DNA of 64,000 nt from Felis catus (taxonomy: Eukaryota), in assembly GCF_018350175.1 (NCBI RefSeq), contig NC_058380.1, forward strand, positions 11,222,001 to 11,286,000, read 5' to 3'. Shown piece by piece: positions 1 to 11,340 of the stretch (the stretch's first letter is position 1; the number at the start of each line of letters is the position of its first letter). A model generated the notes under the pieces. It searched no databases. It had not been told where the DNA came from and was given only the letters and a program-made list of their open reading frames with translations. A program made the position numbers and the translations under genes.

Positions 1-426
1 TACATAGATGGAACCAGAAAGGGCAAATTGCTCAAAACTGCCCTTCGGGAGTCAGCAGAAAAATAAATTGGCAACCGGCATTTCATCGTTAAGTATCTTC
101 ATTCCGTAATAATGGAGGGTGGCTTGGAGCAGAGGTTCTAAAGTTATGATATTTGTCAGCGACGAGCGCAATTTGCCTTAAAGCTTCGCTTCTCACTGGC
201 TTTAAGCGGATGCCTGTGTCGGCCATGTATTCACTGCGCGGCTCTGTGTGGGTCAACACACCTTGGATGCATTATTAGGCTTACCTCCTAGGTCAGAAAA
301 TAGGTACTTTTTCTCAAGTTGCTGAATTTTTGACCATCTCTAACTTCGAGGTTCAAATGTAAATCCTCATTTACAAATTCTGGGGTTTTTTTTATTTCTA
401 GCATATGTGTCTGGCACAGCCCAGGT

Positions 427-560
427 ATTCATTCATTCATTCATTCATTCATTCATTCAGCAAATACCGATTGAACAACTACTTTATAGAGAGTCCTGTT
501 TTTGGTGCAGCGAGATGTACAAAACATGATTCCCGCTCCCGGGAGTTTGTAACTTAGGAA
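427..560 (-). mobile_element. L2 3' end with (ATTC)8 tail microsatellite
   Basis: (ATTC)n at 427-458 followed by cagcaaataccgattgaacaactact..., typical of a reverse-oriented L2 terminus. Confidence 0.6.
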
Positions 561-1332
561 CAGGAGGATGTGAATGTTAGGGTAGAGGTACAAGCAACAC
601 GCTTTGGGAAACACAGCAAGGTGGACTCTGAGCTGACAAGACCCGCGGCACTTGAGGGGTTTCCCAAAAAGTGGGGCTTCCCGGGACTTCTAACCATTTA
701 TGTAGTTTCACCAGGGGTCGGTGTAGCGGAATGAAGACTAAGAGTGGAGAGGTAGGGTGGCTGGAGGGGAGGCTGGCCTTGGGTCCGGTGGGAGGAAGGC
801 ATGGACGAGGGAGGTCGAGGGAGACACCGCGTTATAAATACCAGGCGGGGCATGGGTCTGGGCCCAGCTATGGAAAGAAGCAACTGCACGGCCACCTGTT
901 TTTACAGAGCTTTCTCTCAGCTAGGTTGCCAAGGAGGAGGTCGTGTAGTGACCCTAGGACACAGCCTTTCCCTCTGGAAACCTGCTCAGTTTCACATTGC
1001 CGGGATGTTCTTTCCACTCTGCATAGAATCCAAGCTTCTCTTGCAGAACTATATATGCATCTGCTCTTGCCTTACCCTTAGGAGACGTTAAAGACAGGAA
1101 ATCCCTGGTCTCTCTGTCTTAAAGGTGAATCTCCAGCCACCAGTCTTTCGGAAGAATGAACGACTGGAGAGGTCCAAGAATTTTGTGGGGACCCCAGGAG
1201 GCAGTCATAGAAGATGCTGTGGATGGAGTGTGGCAAATATGAGGGCCCCCTCTTCTACTCGGCTAATATTGAGGGGTTTACTTGCCACACCATGTGCCTC
1301 CAGAACAATGATGAGCGATAGTGTGGATGATC

Positions 1333-1490
1333 CAGTGGTTCCCAACCAGGGCAGTGCCACTACTTACCCATGGGGTGTTTGGAAATGTGTGTGGATACAC
1401 GCCAAGGAGGCATTTACAGGGAGGAGACCACGATTCTAAATATCCTGCCAGGTGTCAGCCAGTCCCTTAGAACAAAAAAATTGTTTTGCC
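1333..1490 (+). mobile_element. hAT-Charlie MITE, MER20B-like fragment
   Basis: Starts with the TIR-like cagtggttcccaaccaggg and continues with ...gtgtttggaaatgtgtg...ggcattta...tatcctgc...acaaaaaaattgt resembling MER20B. Confidence 0.55.
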
Positions 1491-4407
1491 TCATTTGTGA
1501 TTCTTGGGTTTATTAGCTGACCTTGAGAATGGCAGGCAGCCATTATTAAAATGAGACCATGTATGAAATCTTACTGATCCAAGGTACAGCCTATATCCAA
1601 AGTACTCACGGAACAGATCGTTTTGTGTGACGTTTCAGACTGAAGGCCTTGGACATGACCTGAAGGCTTTCTACACGGGAAGTCTCAGATTGATGGTTGG
1701 CCCCATGGTGGCACATTGGGCTGACAGTTGGCTGTTCTGAGCCAGCGGTCTCTGCAGATAATACAGGCAATGACGGGGCCAATGGTGTGCTGACTTCTGA
1801 TTGGCCAACTGTGGGTCAGTATAAGGCATGGGATTTACTTTGACAGCCATATCCATCTGCCATGGCAGGTGCGTGGAAGCTGAAAAGCACCTGGGGGATC
1901 TAGTAGCGACAAAACAGGTGACTCCGTTTTATTATTTGATCGTGCACTGGGTGCTCTCGGAGCACATGGACACTGACATCTCAGACACCTGCCTGGAGGA
2001 CATTTCCTTTCCCGAGTGGAGAAGGGCCTGAGAAAATCGTGCACCTTTCGAAATGACGTAACTGCCCGTAAATCAGTTCCTGGCCCTTCAACAGTTACAA
2101 ACAGCAAGAGGTTGCCAGAGGCAGCAGAGCTTAGCAGATGCCTTTTCCACCTCAACTGGCCACAGTCTTTATCGGTGGACGTGGCTCATGCAGTTGACAG
2201 CCCATCTGGTATGTGAATCAGCCTAACCTGTCATGGAAAATTATAGAACATGGTGTATGCATTATATACCCACATCCTTATCGTCTTTTCATGTCTTTTC
2301 ATGCCTAGGATGTGCCCTGCAATATAGGGAAGCTGGGGAGATACCTCACCAAAGACCGTGTGTTTATGTAGAATACTTAAGGTATGGGTAGACTTACCAG
2401 TAAAAGGAGTTTTGGAGTGGAGAGTTCAAATATACACCTGCTGCATCTTGGATATGCGTAAGATGCAGCATAGTTACTATAACCGACCTCGTGATGCACA
2501 TCTTCTGGGGGGGATGGGGGAGTACTTAAAGTTGCTACTCAAGAGAGATGTTACAAGATTAAAATACTGAAGAGCCAGCACCTCTGAGGATTCCCCTTCC
2601 TCGATGGGTGAGTCTACCATTCCCATTTGGGAGGAGGGAAGGAGGGAAGACTGTGGTGGGAGTTTGCCTCTTCCCCGCACTCTTATAGCCTACAGGCCTC
2701 CCTTGCCATCCAGGGAATCGTGGTTCTCCACCCATCACCATTCATTTCACCACATACTTAAGGAAGACGAGGGGATGCAGTGTATGCCTCCTTGAGTAAA
2801 TCTCCCAGGGGTGGCCGGTGAATCTTACGAAGCACCACGGAACACTTTTGTTCTGAGTTGCAGTGGGGCTTAATTGTTGGGCCTCTCAAAGGTGGGATTT
2901 GTTTGGGGTAATCCCCATGTCCTTGAGGCAAGCTTGCTTCAGAGGACATATGTTTTTAAGAAAGCAGTGAATGTCTATTAGTGGTCCTTATTTTAAGTAC
3001 AAAATTTATTGCAGTAAAGAGATCAAAACGATTCTCTTAGTGAGTGTGTTTCATGTGACTATCAGAAGTGGGAGTAACCATCTGCTACAAAGCAAACTCT
3101 GGAAGAAAGCCCAATGACAGAGTTTGTTCAGGTCAGTGGATGCGCTCAGACCCCAGAGAATATTCCAGGAGAACAATCTCAGTAGAGCAATGGAAAGACA
3201 TGACAAGAGAGAAATAATAAATTGCGTTGCAGATAAACGATCACCTTCCTGTTGGACAACCATGACTGGCCTTCATATCCAGTTATGCCCTTGATGTCAA
3301 GGATTCAAATCACAGATGCCCAAATTCATGTTTCATGTAAAGGGACCAGGATTTCCTTTCTTGTGGCTTCCTGTGTATTTGTCAGGACACGCATAATCTG
3401 TGCACTCGGCAAAAAAGGAGAAGAGGAGGCCATGGAGGCCCCATTCCATCTCTACAACTCTCTTCCTCCTTGAAAGATCTTCACCCTTCCCACCACTGTC
3501 CAAACCATCTTTCGTCATCGACAGAATGATCAGAGGCAAGGAAACTGCACCATGAGGTGAGGGCCAAGCTCCTGGGCAGAAAACGTGGGGGGGCTTATTT
3601 ACATTTTAAAAGTGAACGCTATTAGATGTCAATGACAATGAAAACATTTTAAATCTTTTTTAAATTAAAAAAAAAAAAAGCAGACGCTAAAGCCAGCTTG
3701 GCTGCTTCCCCAAGGGCTTTAAGGTAGTGCACCTGCCCTGGGGCTCCGCTCCTGTTAGGACCCACTTTCGGAAGCAGGACAGAAGTCCAGACTGCTCCGT
3801 GGGAGGAGGAAAGTAAGACAGGGTTAACCCAGCACAAATGTTTGAAGCGAAAACTCCTCTCACGCCCCTCTGTGGACCCTGCTTCACCCTCCCGGAAACA
3901 ACTGTAGGTTATCTGGAAGGTTGCTTAATGGCTCGAAGTCTCAGTTTATGTGTCTGTAAAAAGGGGAATAGCCACTGCGCCTGTTACCGAAGAGTATATT
4001 GAGGGCTAAATCCAAAGCACACAAAGTTTATGGTGCAGAGCCCATCCTATAAAAGACACTCTGTAATTGTTAGATATTAATCCCAGCATAAATTCCTCAC
4101 TTGACGGAGGAAGAAACTGAGGCCCAGGGAGAAGATTCTTGTCCAAGCGCCAACACATTAAGCTGCATCTCTCCCCTCCACCCTGCCACCCGACTTGTCT
4201 TCTTCTATTAAAACATATCATAAAATACAATAAAGCTGAGGAGGAATCAGGGGGGTTTAAAAGAAATGGCCCGAGTCAAAAATGCATGGATCCATATCTT
4301 GGAGACACAGAGAGCTTTCTGTTAAGGATCAAAGCATTCCACCATAGTCTCCTTTCTTTCAAAGTCTAGAGAGTCACAGGGCGATTTGTTGAAATATACA
4401 TGTATAT

Positions 4408-4413
4408 TTTAAT
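4408..4413 (-). terminator. Probable TMEM252 poly(A) signal (ATTAAA)
   Basis: TTTAAT on + reads ATTAAA on -, about 820 nt downstream of the stop codon in an AT-rich context. Confidence 0.55.
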
Positions 4414-5233
4414 GCTTTTCAAGATTCACATCAAAATCTAGGTTCATACAACCTATGGCTAATACAGTTTCTTCCCCTAAATTCTGTGCCTTATGAATTT
4501 TTAAGTCTGTTCCACTTGAGTGCCTGAGAAATCTTGTCCTCTCTGCTGGTACAACCATCCCGTTTTTAAGATCTTCCTTCAAAATTCTGTGTTCCAGCCA
4601 TTTTGAAAGCAAATATTACAGTTGCTGTCCACATAGAAACCACACACACACACAATTAAAAGAAAGTCATACAAAGTAACATTCGTGGCTTCCAAGAGGA
4701 AACCTCCCGCAAGGTGAATTATTACGCTGTCACTCTGGTTAATAGGGTAAACGGGGGGGAGCTGCAAAGCCAGCCCCCAAAACCTGCAAATTAAACGGGA
4801 TGATGACCCTTCGTCTCCAGCACACTTTCTTCTTGCAGTTGTTGGGTAATGTACCTGAAAGCCCATGGCTGTCCATGAGCAGCACCTGTTCTCCCCGTTG
4901 GGGGCTGGGGTGCTGGAGGGGGTTGAGTGAGAGCTAGAAGCCTCTTGGGGCACAGCTCCAAACGGCAGTCCAAAAGCCCAACTGGGCTGGGATTAGTGGG
5001 GATCCTTCGAAATGTGGCTTGCTGTCCACCACACTCTTCCGGGACCCCACGCTGCCCTTGCAGACCAAAGCACGTCCGGGAAACCGTAATGCTGTCATTT
5101 CCCGCATCTCCTCGGCGTGCGCTCATGAGGGTCCCTGAAGACCCTTTCCCTCCCGTCGTCCAGTGCCCGCGTTTACTACCAGCAGCCGTATCCCATGAGG
5201 GTGCATCCCAAGCACTAGAGAGTATCTCCTGCT

Positions 5234-5459
5234 TCAGCATCCTGAGCGTCCTGCAAATGGTGTGGCTGTCGCCACCCCGCCTGCCACGGACTCCTCGTAG
5301 GAAGGTGGGGCCTCTGGGCGGGCGTCAGGTGCATCCTCGAATCCAAGGCCCATCTCTGTGTACACAGGTGGAGGGACATCCGAGGCCTCTCCCTCTGCCG
5401 GACAGGGTTGCTTCTCCGCATCAGGACTCTCTTCATACGCAGGGGGGTAGAAATCTGGC
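5234..5459 (-). CDS. TMEM252: TMEM252 coding exon 2 (cytoplasmic tail with three PPxY motifs, stop codon)
   Basis: Acceptor ...TTTGATCCCCAG|G at 5460/5459. The phase-2 junction AG|G gives Arg, followed by PDFYPPAYEESPDAEKQPCPAEGEASDVPPPVYTEMG...EAPPSYEES...GRSGC and TGA at 5236-5234. 278+226=504 nt, i.e. 167 aa plus stop. Confidence 0.95.
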
Positions 5460-7180
5460 CTGGGGATCAAAATGCCACACACGTACACATGTTATTTAAG
5501 TGGTTAACGCCAAAGAGGCATATGCCTGACTCTCTCAAATCACACTGTGTGAAGCCAAACTGTTAAGAAACATTGATTTTGAAACAGATGTACTTCTTCC
5601 CTGGCATCACCAGTTTTTTAAAAAATGTGTTTTTTTTTTTTTTTCCCAGCAAAACCCTCCTCATCAGCCATGGGACGTGTGACTCTACAGTCATATTTTT
5701 CCCAGTGGGTTATTCCGAGTTATTCCCTTCCTCTTGCTCACGGGAACCAGGGGCTTTCAGCTGGGGGTTCTTCTAGAGGGCAGGAGGAGGGGGCCTCAAT
5801 GCTGGAGCTGCCTTCCACCCAGTTATTTAACTCATCATATCCTTGTCCCCGTGCATACACTCCTCCTTCTCTATGTGGTTGCACTCACTGTCTCAGATCC
5901 TCAGAGCCCACAAACTGGTCAGATCGCTATGTTATACACCTGAAACTAACGTAACATTGTGTGTCAACTACACTCACGTAAAACATTAACACAGCAAAAC
6001 ACAAAAAACCCCAGCTCGGTGCAGCCTCCTCAACTCTGACAGATGCTCCCCTCTTTCTTCTCCCTTTTTCAAGTCTCAGCAAGCACGTTTCCAGAAACCA
6101 TAACGCGTTTCTCAAACTATCTCCACTGACAACTTCACGTAGATTTCACTTGCAGCCCTTTCTATGCCAACAGGCCAATGGCGAAAGGAGCCATTCCCGC
6201 CGAAGGTGATGTCTTCATCGGTAATCTTGCCCAACATTGCTAATTGCTGAATCCTTCTGGCTTCTCCATCATGAATGGGACGGGGTGGGGGTTGGTGCGA
6301 GGTGAGGAAGAGAGAGGGTGAGCTTGATGGGTTTATTTATAGCGCGAATCCCTCGGTGCCTACGGGGAGTGTTTGTGGTATGTAACCACAACAGAACAGA
6401 GACTGCCATTTGTGGCCACAGCTCCATTCCAAATATTACCAGGCCCAAAGCCAGATGGCTAAAGACGCTGTCTACTGTATGGCATAAATCTCAGCCTTCA
6501 CTCAGAAGTGTCACAGGGCACACGCATAAAGACACTGAAGACAGAGAGGGGAGCTTTTGCCTGGAGTGATTTGAGAAGCTTCCAGATCACTGCCACCCGC
6601 CCCCAAATCCCATCCACCTCTCCCAAACCCGTCCGCCCACACCAGTTCACAGTCTCGGAGCCCCACATTCCACCACTGTAGACTCATCTGCTCTGATGCC
6701 TCGGTGTGGGTTCCCATTTTGAATACAAATGCTTCTCAGCAATGCAACGTTTCCTTAACTGACTCACTGGCCGCTCTGAGTAGGCTGGGTACCTATTAGG
6801 TGCCGTGGGAAGAGGCAGGTCAATGTGGTGTCATGATAGCCGCATCATAGGTGACTAAAATAATTCAGCACGCTGGGATGTTATGCGTGTGTTAGTAAAT
6901 TCGAGCTGCCTCCTATAGGCAATCAGTTACTCTTATCAGGGATTCACACTCTCGAGGCAATCATCTAACATTTATACAAGAAAAAAAAAATCATCCCTCG
7001 AGAAGCATCATCTATGATCATTTCAGTTATCTTAATCTTTTATCAAACCCAGAGACCTTGCTAGTTAGCATAATAAACATTGGAAATGGGGTTTGGTTAT
7101 TATAATTTGTATCTTATTAATTAGCATAATGCCAAAAATCAACCATCATGGGTAAAATTGCTTATAATCAAGATACATAT

Positions 7181-7404
7181 GGGGCACCTGGGCAGCTCAG
7201 TCCGTGAAGCGTCCGAGTTCAGCTCAGGTCACGATCTCACGGTTGGTGAGTTCGAGCCCCATGTTGGGCTCTGTGCCGACAGCTCGGAGACTGGAACCTG
7301 CTTTGGATTCTTTGTCTCCCTCTCTCTCTGCCCCTCCCCTGCTGGTGCTCTGTCTCTGTCTCTGTGTCTCTCTCAAATGTAAACAAACATTTGGGGGAAA
7401 AAAA
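7181..7404 (+). mobile_element. Carnivore SINE (Can-SINE) in TMEM252 intron
   Basis: ggggcacctggg head, tRNA-derived A/B boxes, CT-rich tract, A-rich tail; flanks share gatacat. Confidence 0.95.
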
Positions 7405-7431
7405 GGATACATGCAGTAGCTAAGATATTTT

Positions 7432-7807
7432 ATTTTTTTTCAATGGTTTATACTAGTTATTTATTTATTTATTTATTTTCAATATATGAAGTTTATTGTC
7501 AAGTTGGTTTCCATACAACACCCAGTGCTCATCCCAAAAGGTGCCCTCCTCAATACCCATCACCCACCCTCCCCTCCCTCCCACCCCCCCCCCCATCAAC
7601 CCTCAGTTTGTTCTCAGTTTTTAAGTGTCTCTTATGCTTTGGCTCTCTCCCACTCTAACCTCTTCTTTTTTTTTTTTTCCTTCCCCTCCCCCATGGGTTT
7701 CTGTTAAGTTTCTCAGGATCCACATAAGAGTGAAACCATATGGTATCTGTCTTTCTCTGTATGGCTTATTTCACTTAGCATCACACTCTCCAGTGCCATC
7801 CATGTTG
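7432..7807 (-). mobile_element. Young 5'-truncated felid L1 3' UTR with perfect 17-bp TSD
   Basis: L1 3' UTR (G-rich tract and AATAAA plus A-rich tail on the minus strand), flanked by identical agtagctaagatatttt at 7415-7431 and 7808-7824. Confidence 0.9.
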
Positions 7808-7994
7808 AGTAGCTAAGATATTTTAGATCAAGAAGGCAAAAGAATTTTTTTAAGGAGTCTCGCAGCCTGTGTCTTAAGGATGATGCTTGAGGTTTTATCC
7901 CTGAATGGTCCTGTGTTGGGTGGGCCAAGAGTTAGGAGGGTTTTGGTTGTCTGATACCAAACCTCAGGTGAACTGCATTTGGCTATACTGTGGC

Positions 7995-8626
7995 AACATA
8001 TATATAACCTGAAATTTACCACTTATCCATTTTAAGTGTACCGACGAGCGGCATTCAGTACAGCCACACCGTTACCCAGGCATCTCCAGAACTTTTCCAT
8101 CGTCCCAAGTTGAAACTCTGTACTCAGTAAATGGTAAGTCCCTCCTCCCCCACCGCCAGCCCTGGTCACCACTGTTCTGTTTTCTGTCTGTGAATTTCGC
8201 TGCATCTCATGTAAGTGGAATCATACAGTATTGGTCTGTTTGCGTCTGGCTTTTTTTACTTAGCATAACGTCTTCAAGGTTCATCGACACTGTAGCAGGT
8301 GTCACAATTTCCTTCTCTTTATGGCTGAATAATATTCCGCTGTGTGTGTAGACCACACTTTTTTTGTTCCTTCATCCACTGGTGGACACATGGGTTGTTT
8401 CCACCTTTTTGCTCTTGTGAATAAGGCTGCTGGGAACAGTGGTATACAAATATCGCTTCAGGTTCCTGCTTTTAATTCTTTTGTCTGTATACCCAGAAGT
8501 GGAATTTCTGGATCAAGTGGTAATTCTATATTTAAGCTCTGTACTATTCTTCATAAAATGATTGCACCATTTCACATTCCCACCCGCAGTGTATAAGGTT
8601 TTGGATTGCTAACACTTGTTTTCTGT

Positions 8627-8673
<47 letters not shown>

Positions 8674-8705
8674 AAACAATAGCTATCATAATGGGTGTGA
8701 GGTGG
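7995..8705 (-). mobile_element. Older L1 (L1M-type) 3' end
   Basis: Diagnostic motifs catgtaagtggaatcatacagtatt, ttatggctgaataatattcc, ggacacatgggttgtttccacc, ataccc-agaagtggaatt. Confidence 0.85.
8624..8670. repeat. (TG)n microsatellite
   Basis: About 23 TG units with one interruption. Confidence 0.98.
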
Positions 8706-9259
8706 TAAGATTAACTGAACTACCTCTGGAATGTTATTATCTGGCCTTGAATCAATCTTTCACGCAAGGTGTGATCAGAACACCCAAAAGGTCCATAAGC
8801 TGGGACCACACAGAGTTCGTGAAGAGGTGGCAGGACTGATTCTATGCCTGTCTGTTCATTTGTGGTGTGGCAGAATTGGGCCTGGAACTTGCTTTCATTA
8901 TAACCCGGTAGCCAGGCTGTGGGGGTAACTTAACCACCCCCTGCCTCTAAGGACAGCTCCCATGATACAACAAAAGAACCTAAGAGTCGGGCCTCTTAAG
9001 TTGGCTGACGTAGCTCTTCAATGGGGGAGAGGTGGTTTCTCTGATATAAGTTCCCTCTGCTTGACGGATTTCCCCAGAAGCAGCCCCATGCTTCCTAAGG
9101 ATTAACCCCAAGGAATTTCCCAACAAGAAAGCTCCATTTCTAGACACACAGCCTGGCAGGACGTGGATATTATTCCACTGTGGGATTAGGGTCATTCCAC
9201 TTTTCCAGAACTCAGCCCCATTGCAGCTCCCCTCTGTCCCCTGGCTTTTCAGCACGTAC

Positions 9260-9537
9260 CTGTCGACTGTGGCCAGGGGCAGTGCCCCGTGAGCAAGGTG
9301 TCGTCTGAGCACGTGCGTGAACACCCCTTTGCTTTCCCTGGCCTGGCGGTAGGTACTCCAGAAAATTCCACTCAGAAGGATCACAAACCCCAGGGGCAGA
9401 AGCATATAGGCCAGGATCAGGTTCCCTCGACAGTTGAACATCGATCCTGAGGAAATGAGGAAGGCTCCCAGGCAGATCATCAGGAAGCCCGTCAGGAGGA
9501 CAAGGGCACAGAGCACTAGACCGGTTCTGTTCCGCAT
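9260..9537 (-). CDS. TMEM252: TMEM252 coding exon 1 (N-terminal 92 codons + 2 nt; two hydrophobic/TM segments)
   Basis: ATG at 9537-9535. Translation MRNRTGLVLCALVLLTGFLMICLGAFLISSGSMFNCRGNLILAYMLLPLGFVILLSGIFWSTYRQ...LPLATVD matches my recollection of the human TMEM252/C9orf71 N-terminus (MQNRTGLILCALALL...ATVDR). The exon ends at the donor AG|GTACGT (GT at 9259-9258). Confidence 0.95.
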
Positions 9538-9613
9538 CCCTGCCCCTCCGTAGCCCTTCCTCTCCCCTGCTTCCCTTGCTCCTCGAGAATGCTTTCATTA
9601 GCCAGCTCGAAGC

Positions 9614-9619
9614 TTTATA
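9614..9619 (-). promoter_or_regulatory. TATA box of TMEM252
   Basis: Minus strand reads CATATAAAGC about 80 nt upstream of the ATG, implying a TSS near 9585-9590. Confidence 0.7.
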
Positions 9620-9634
9620 TGCTCTGGGACCAAG

Positions 9635-9647
9635 TGGCCTTTGGACA
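9635..9647 (-). promoter_or_regulatory. HNF4/nuclear-receptor DR1-like element
   Basis: Minus strand TGTCCAAAGGCCA resembles the DR1 consensus RGGTCA-A-AGGTCA (HNF4 CAAAG core), about 15 nt upstream of the TATA box. Confidence 0.55.
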
Positions 9648-9672
9648 ATTAAGTGAAGTAGGCACTTAGAAG

Positions 9673-9685
9673 CTATTCATTAACC
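9673..9685 (-). promoter_or_regulatory. HNF1-like site
   Basis: Minus strand GGTTAATGAATAG versus consensus GTTAATNATTAAC; one perfect half site. Confidence 0.55.
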
Positions 9686-11340
9686 ATTGAAAGTAACCGT
9701 AATATCCTTGGAGGATTAACCTAAAAACACAGCATTGTGTAATGCAGGAAGGCGTGGCTTCTCACTGCTGTGTTGCTCTTCCGAGCTGGATCCTCGGCCA
9801 ACCCCAGTTGTTTGAGGGAAGGTCTCCTTTGATTAAAAGGGCATGGATCTCTTAATCCCCCTGGTGGGTAATTCTCCACTAATGCTCGAGAAATTAGCAT
9901 TCCTTGATGAACTATCTTCTTTGTGGTTTGGCAGGGGATCCTTCCCTGATTTCTTCTTTCTCTCTCTGTACTAAAAAGACATTTTTAAAGCACTTAACAA
10001 GTATGTCGTGCCTCTCTCAACGGAGCTCCCTTTACTGCCTTCGCCCTATGTTACTGGGAAAAATTCCAGGAGAAAATCCCGTGGGGATGAACTCTCTGAT
10101 TCCTTCTCTGTGGATAAGAAAATGAGCATCCACAGGGGGAGGAAAGGGAATTCTGGAGAGAAGGATTGTAATTGGCGGAGCTTTAGGAGTTTGGGGGGGA
10201 ATTTCCGGGGATGGTTGGAAAAGGTGATGATCTGGTGACTTCTCTGATTCTGGTTTTGTATCTTTCCCACCGTTGGACCCAAACGTTGAGATCGTGGGGT
10301 CACTGCTGGTTAACACGCAGGTGTTTGAGAAAAAAATGTTTGCTTATTGCTCAACTGCTGGCAACCATGCTTGGCTTAACTTTCCTGCTCTTGCAAGAGG
10401 CCACAGGTATTTAATAAAAGAGTATGCCCTAAAATGTGCAGCATGTCTCCGCCACGGCACCAAACAGACAGACGCATGTGAGAAGCGGTGTCTGTTCAAT
10501 CCACACCCTCCCTTACGTGCACCTTAGGGTGTCACAAAGCATAGTAAAGCCTCTGAAAAGTCCTGCAGTCTTTCTTCCCCTCCGAAGATACATATGAAAT
10601 GAAATTTGTTTTGGTAGCTGCCGTGCAAAAAATGTTCCCTGTCCTCTCCCCTCTACCTTGCTCTAGGTAGCTTCGCCTCAAAAAAGGTTTACGGAACCAG
10701 CCTTCTGTTTTCTGTCTGGGGCTCGCTTCTTCCGTCTTGACCGTCTTTGGTCACAGACACCCTGTTCTAGATCTGGCGCGTGCTCCGATTCCTTCCAATT
10801 TTATTTGATGGTTTCGCATGTCCCTGCCGAGAGTCTCCTGCCCACCGGGACTCTGGGTCACATTTGTGCAGAGAGATTGTCTTCAGTCCCTCCCCGCGGC
10901 TCCTCTACCCTGCTCCTCCGTTACGATTATTTTCCATTTACTTTCCCAATGGGAAAAGGAATTCTTTGTGCTGTGCCCTGTAGTTCCATGCACATCCTTT
11001 AGCCGTATAGCCATCATCTCATGTTATGGGCTAAAAGAGAGAAAGACACGGGATCAAAAATGATATAAGACGCTTCCCTATTCCGCCTCCTAACCTCTAC
11101 CCTTATTAGCTTTAATATTTGCCCCATCTACTTTCTTCTTCTAGTGTTGCTATTATCCTTACAGTCTGAAAACAACCCTTTTGTTCTCCCTTCTTCCCCA
11201 ATTGGTCTTGAGGTTTTCAGATTTCCAAGATGGCCCCTGCTGATCCCCGCCTTCTGTTATCTGTGTCCCCTTGAGTGTGGGCTGGACATACTGAGGGTAG
11301 GCTGGACACAGTGACTTGATTCTCACCAGTAGAATATGGT

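Noticed and set aside
62-67. AATAAA on the plus strand as the possible 3' end of the upstream neighbour (PGM5 in human synteny)
   Set aside because: No PGM5 coding sequence is visible in the window and a lone hexamer is not sufficient evidence.
5460-5488. N-terminal MYVCGILIPR of ORF 5234-5488
   Set aside because: Intronic sequence upstream of the AG acceptor at 5460; not part of the CDS.
4927-5499. 190-aa plus-strand ORF antisense to TMEM252 exon 2 (also 4791-5240 and 5215-5436 on minus)
   Set aside because: Shadow ORFs of a GC-rich coding exon and 3' UTR; no recognisable domain, and 4927 starts at a non-ATG codon.
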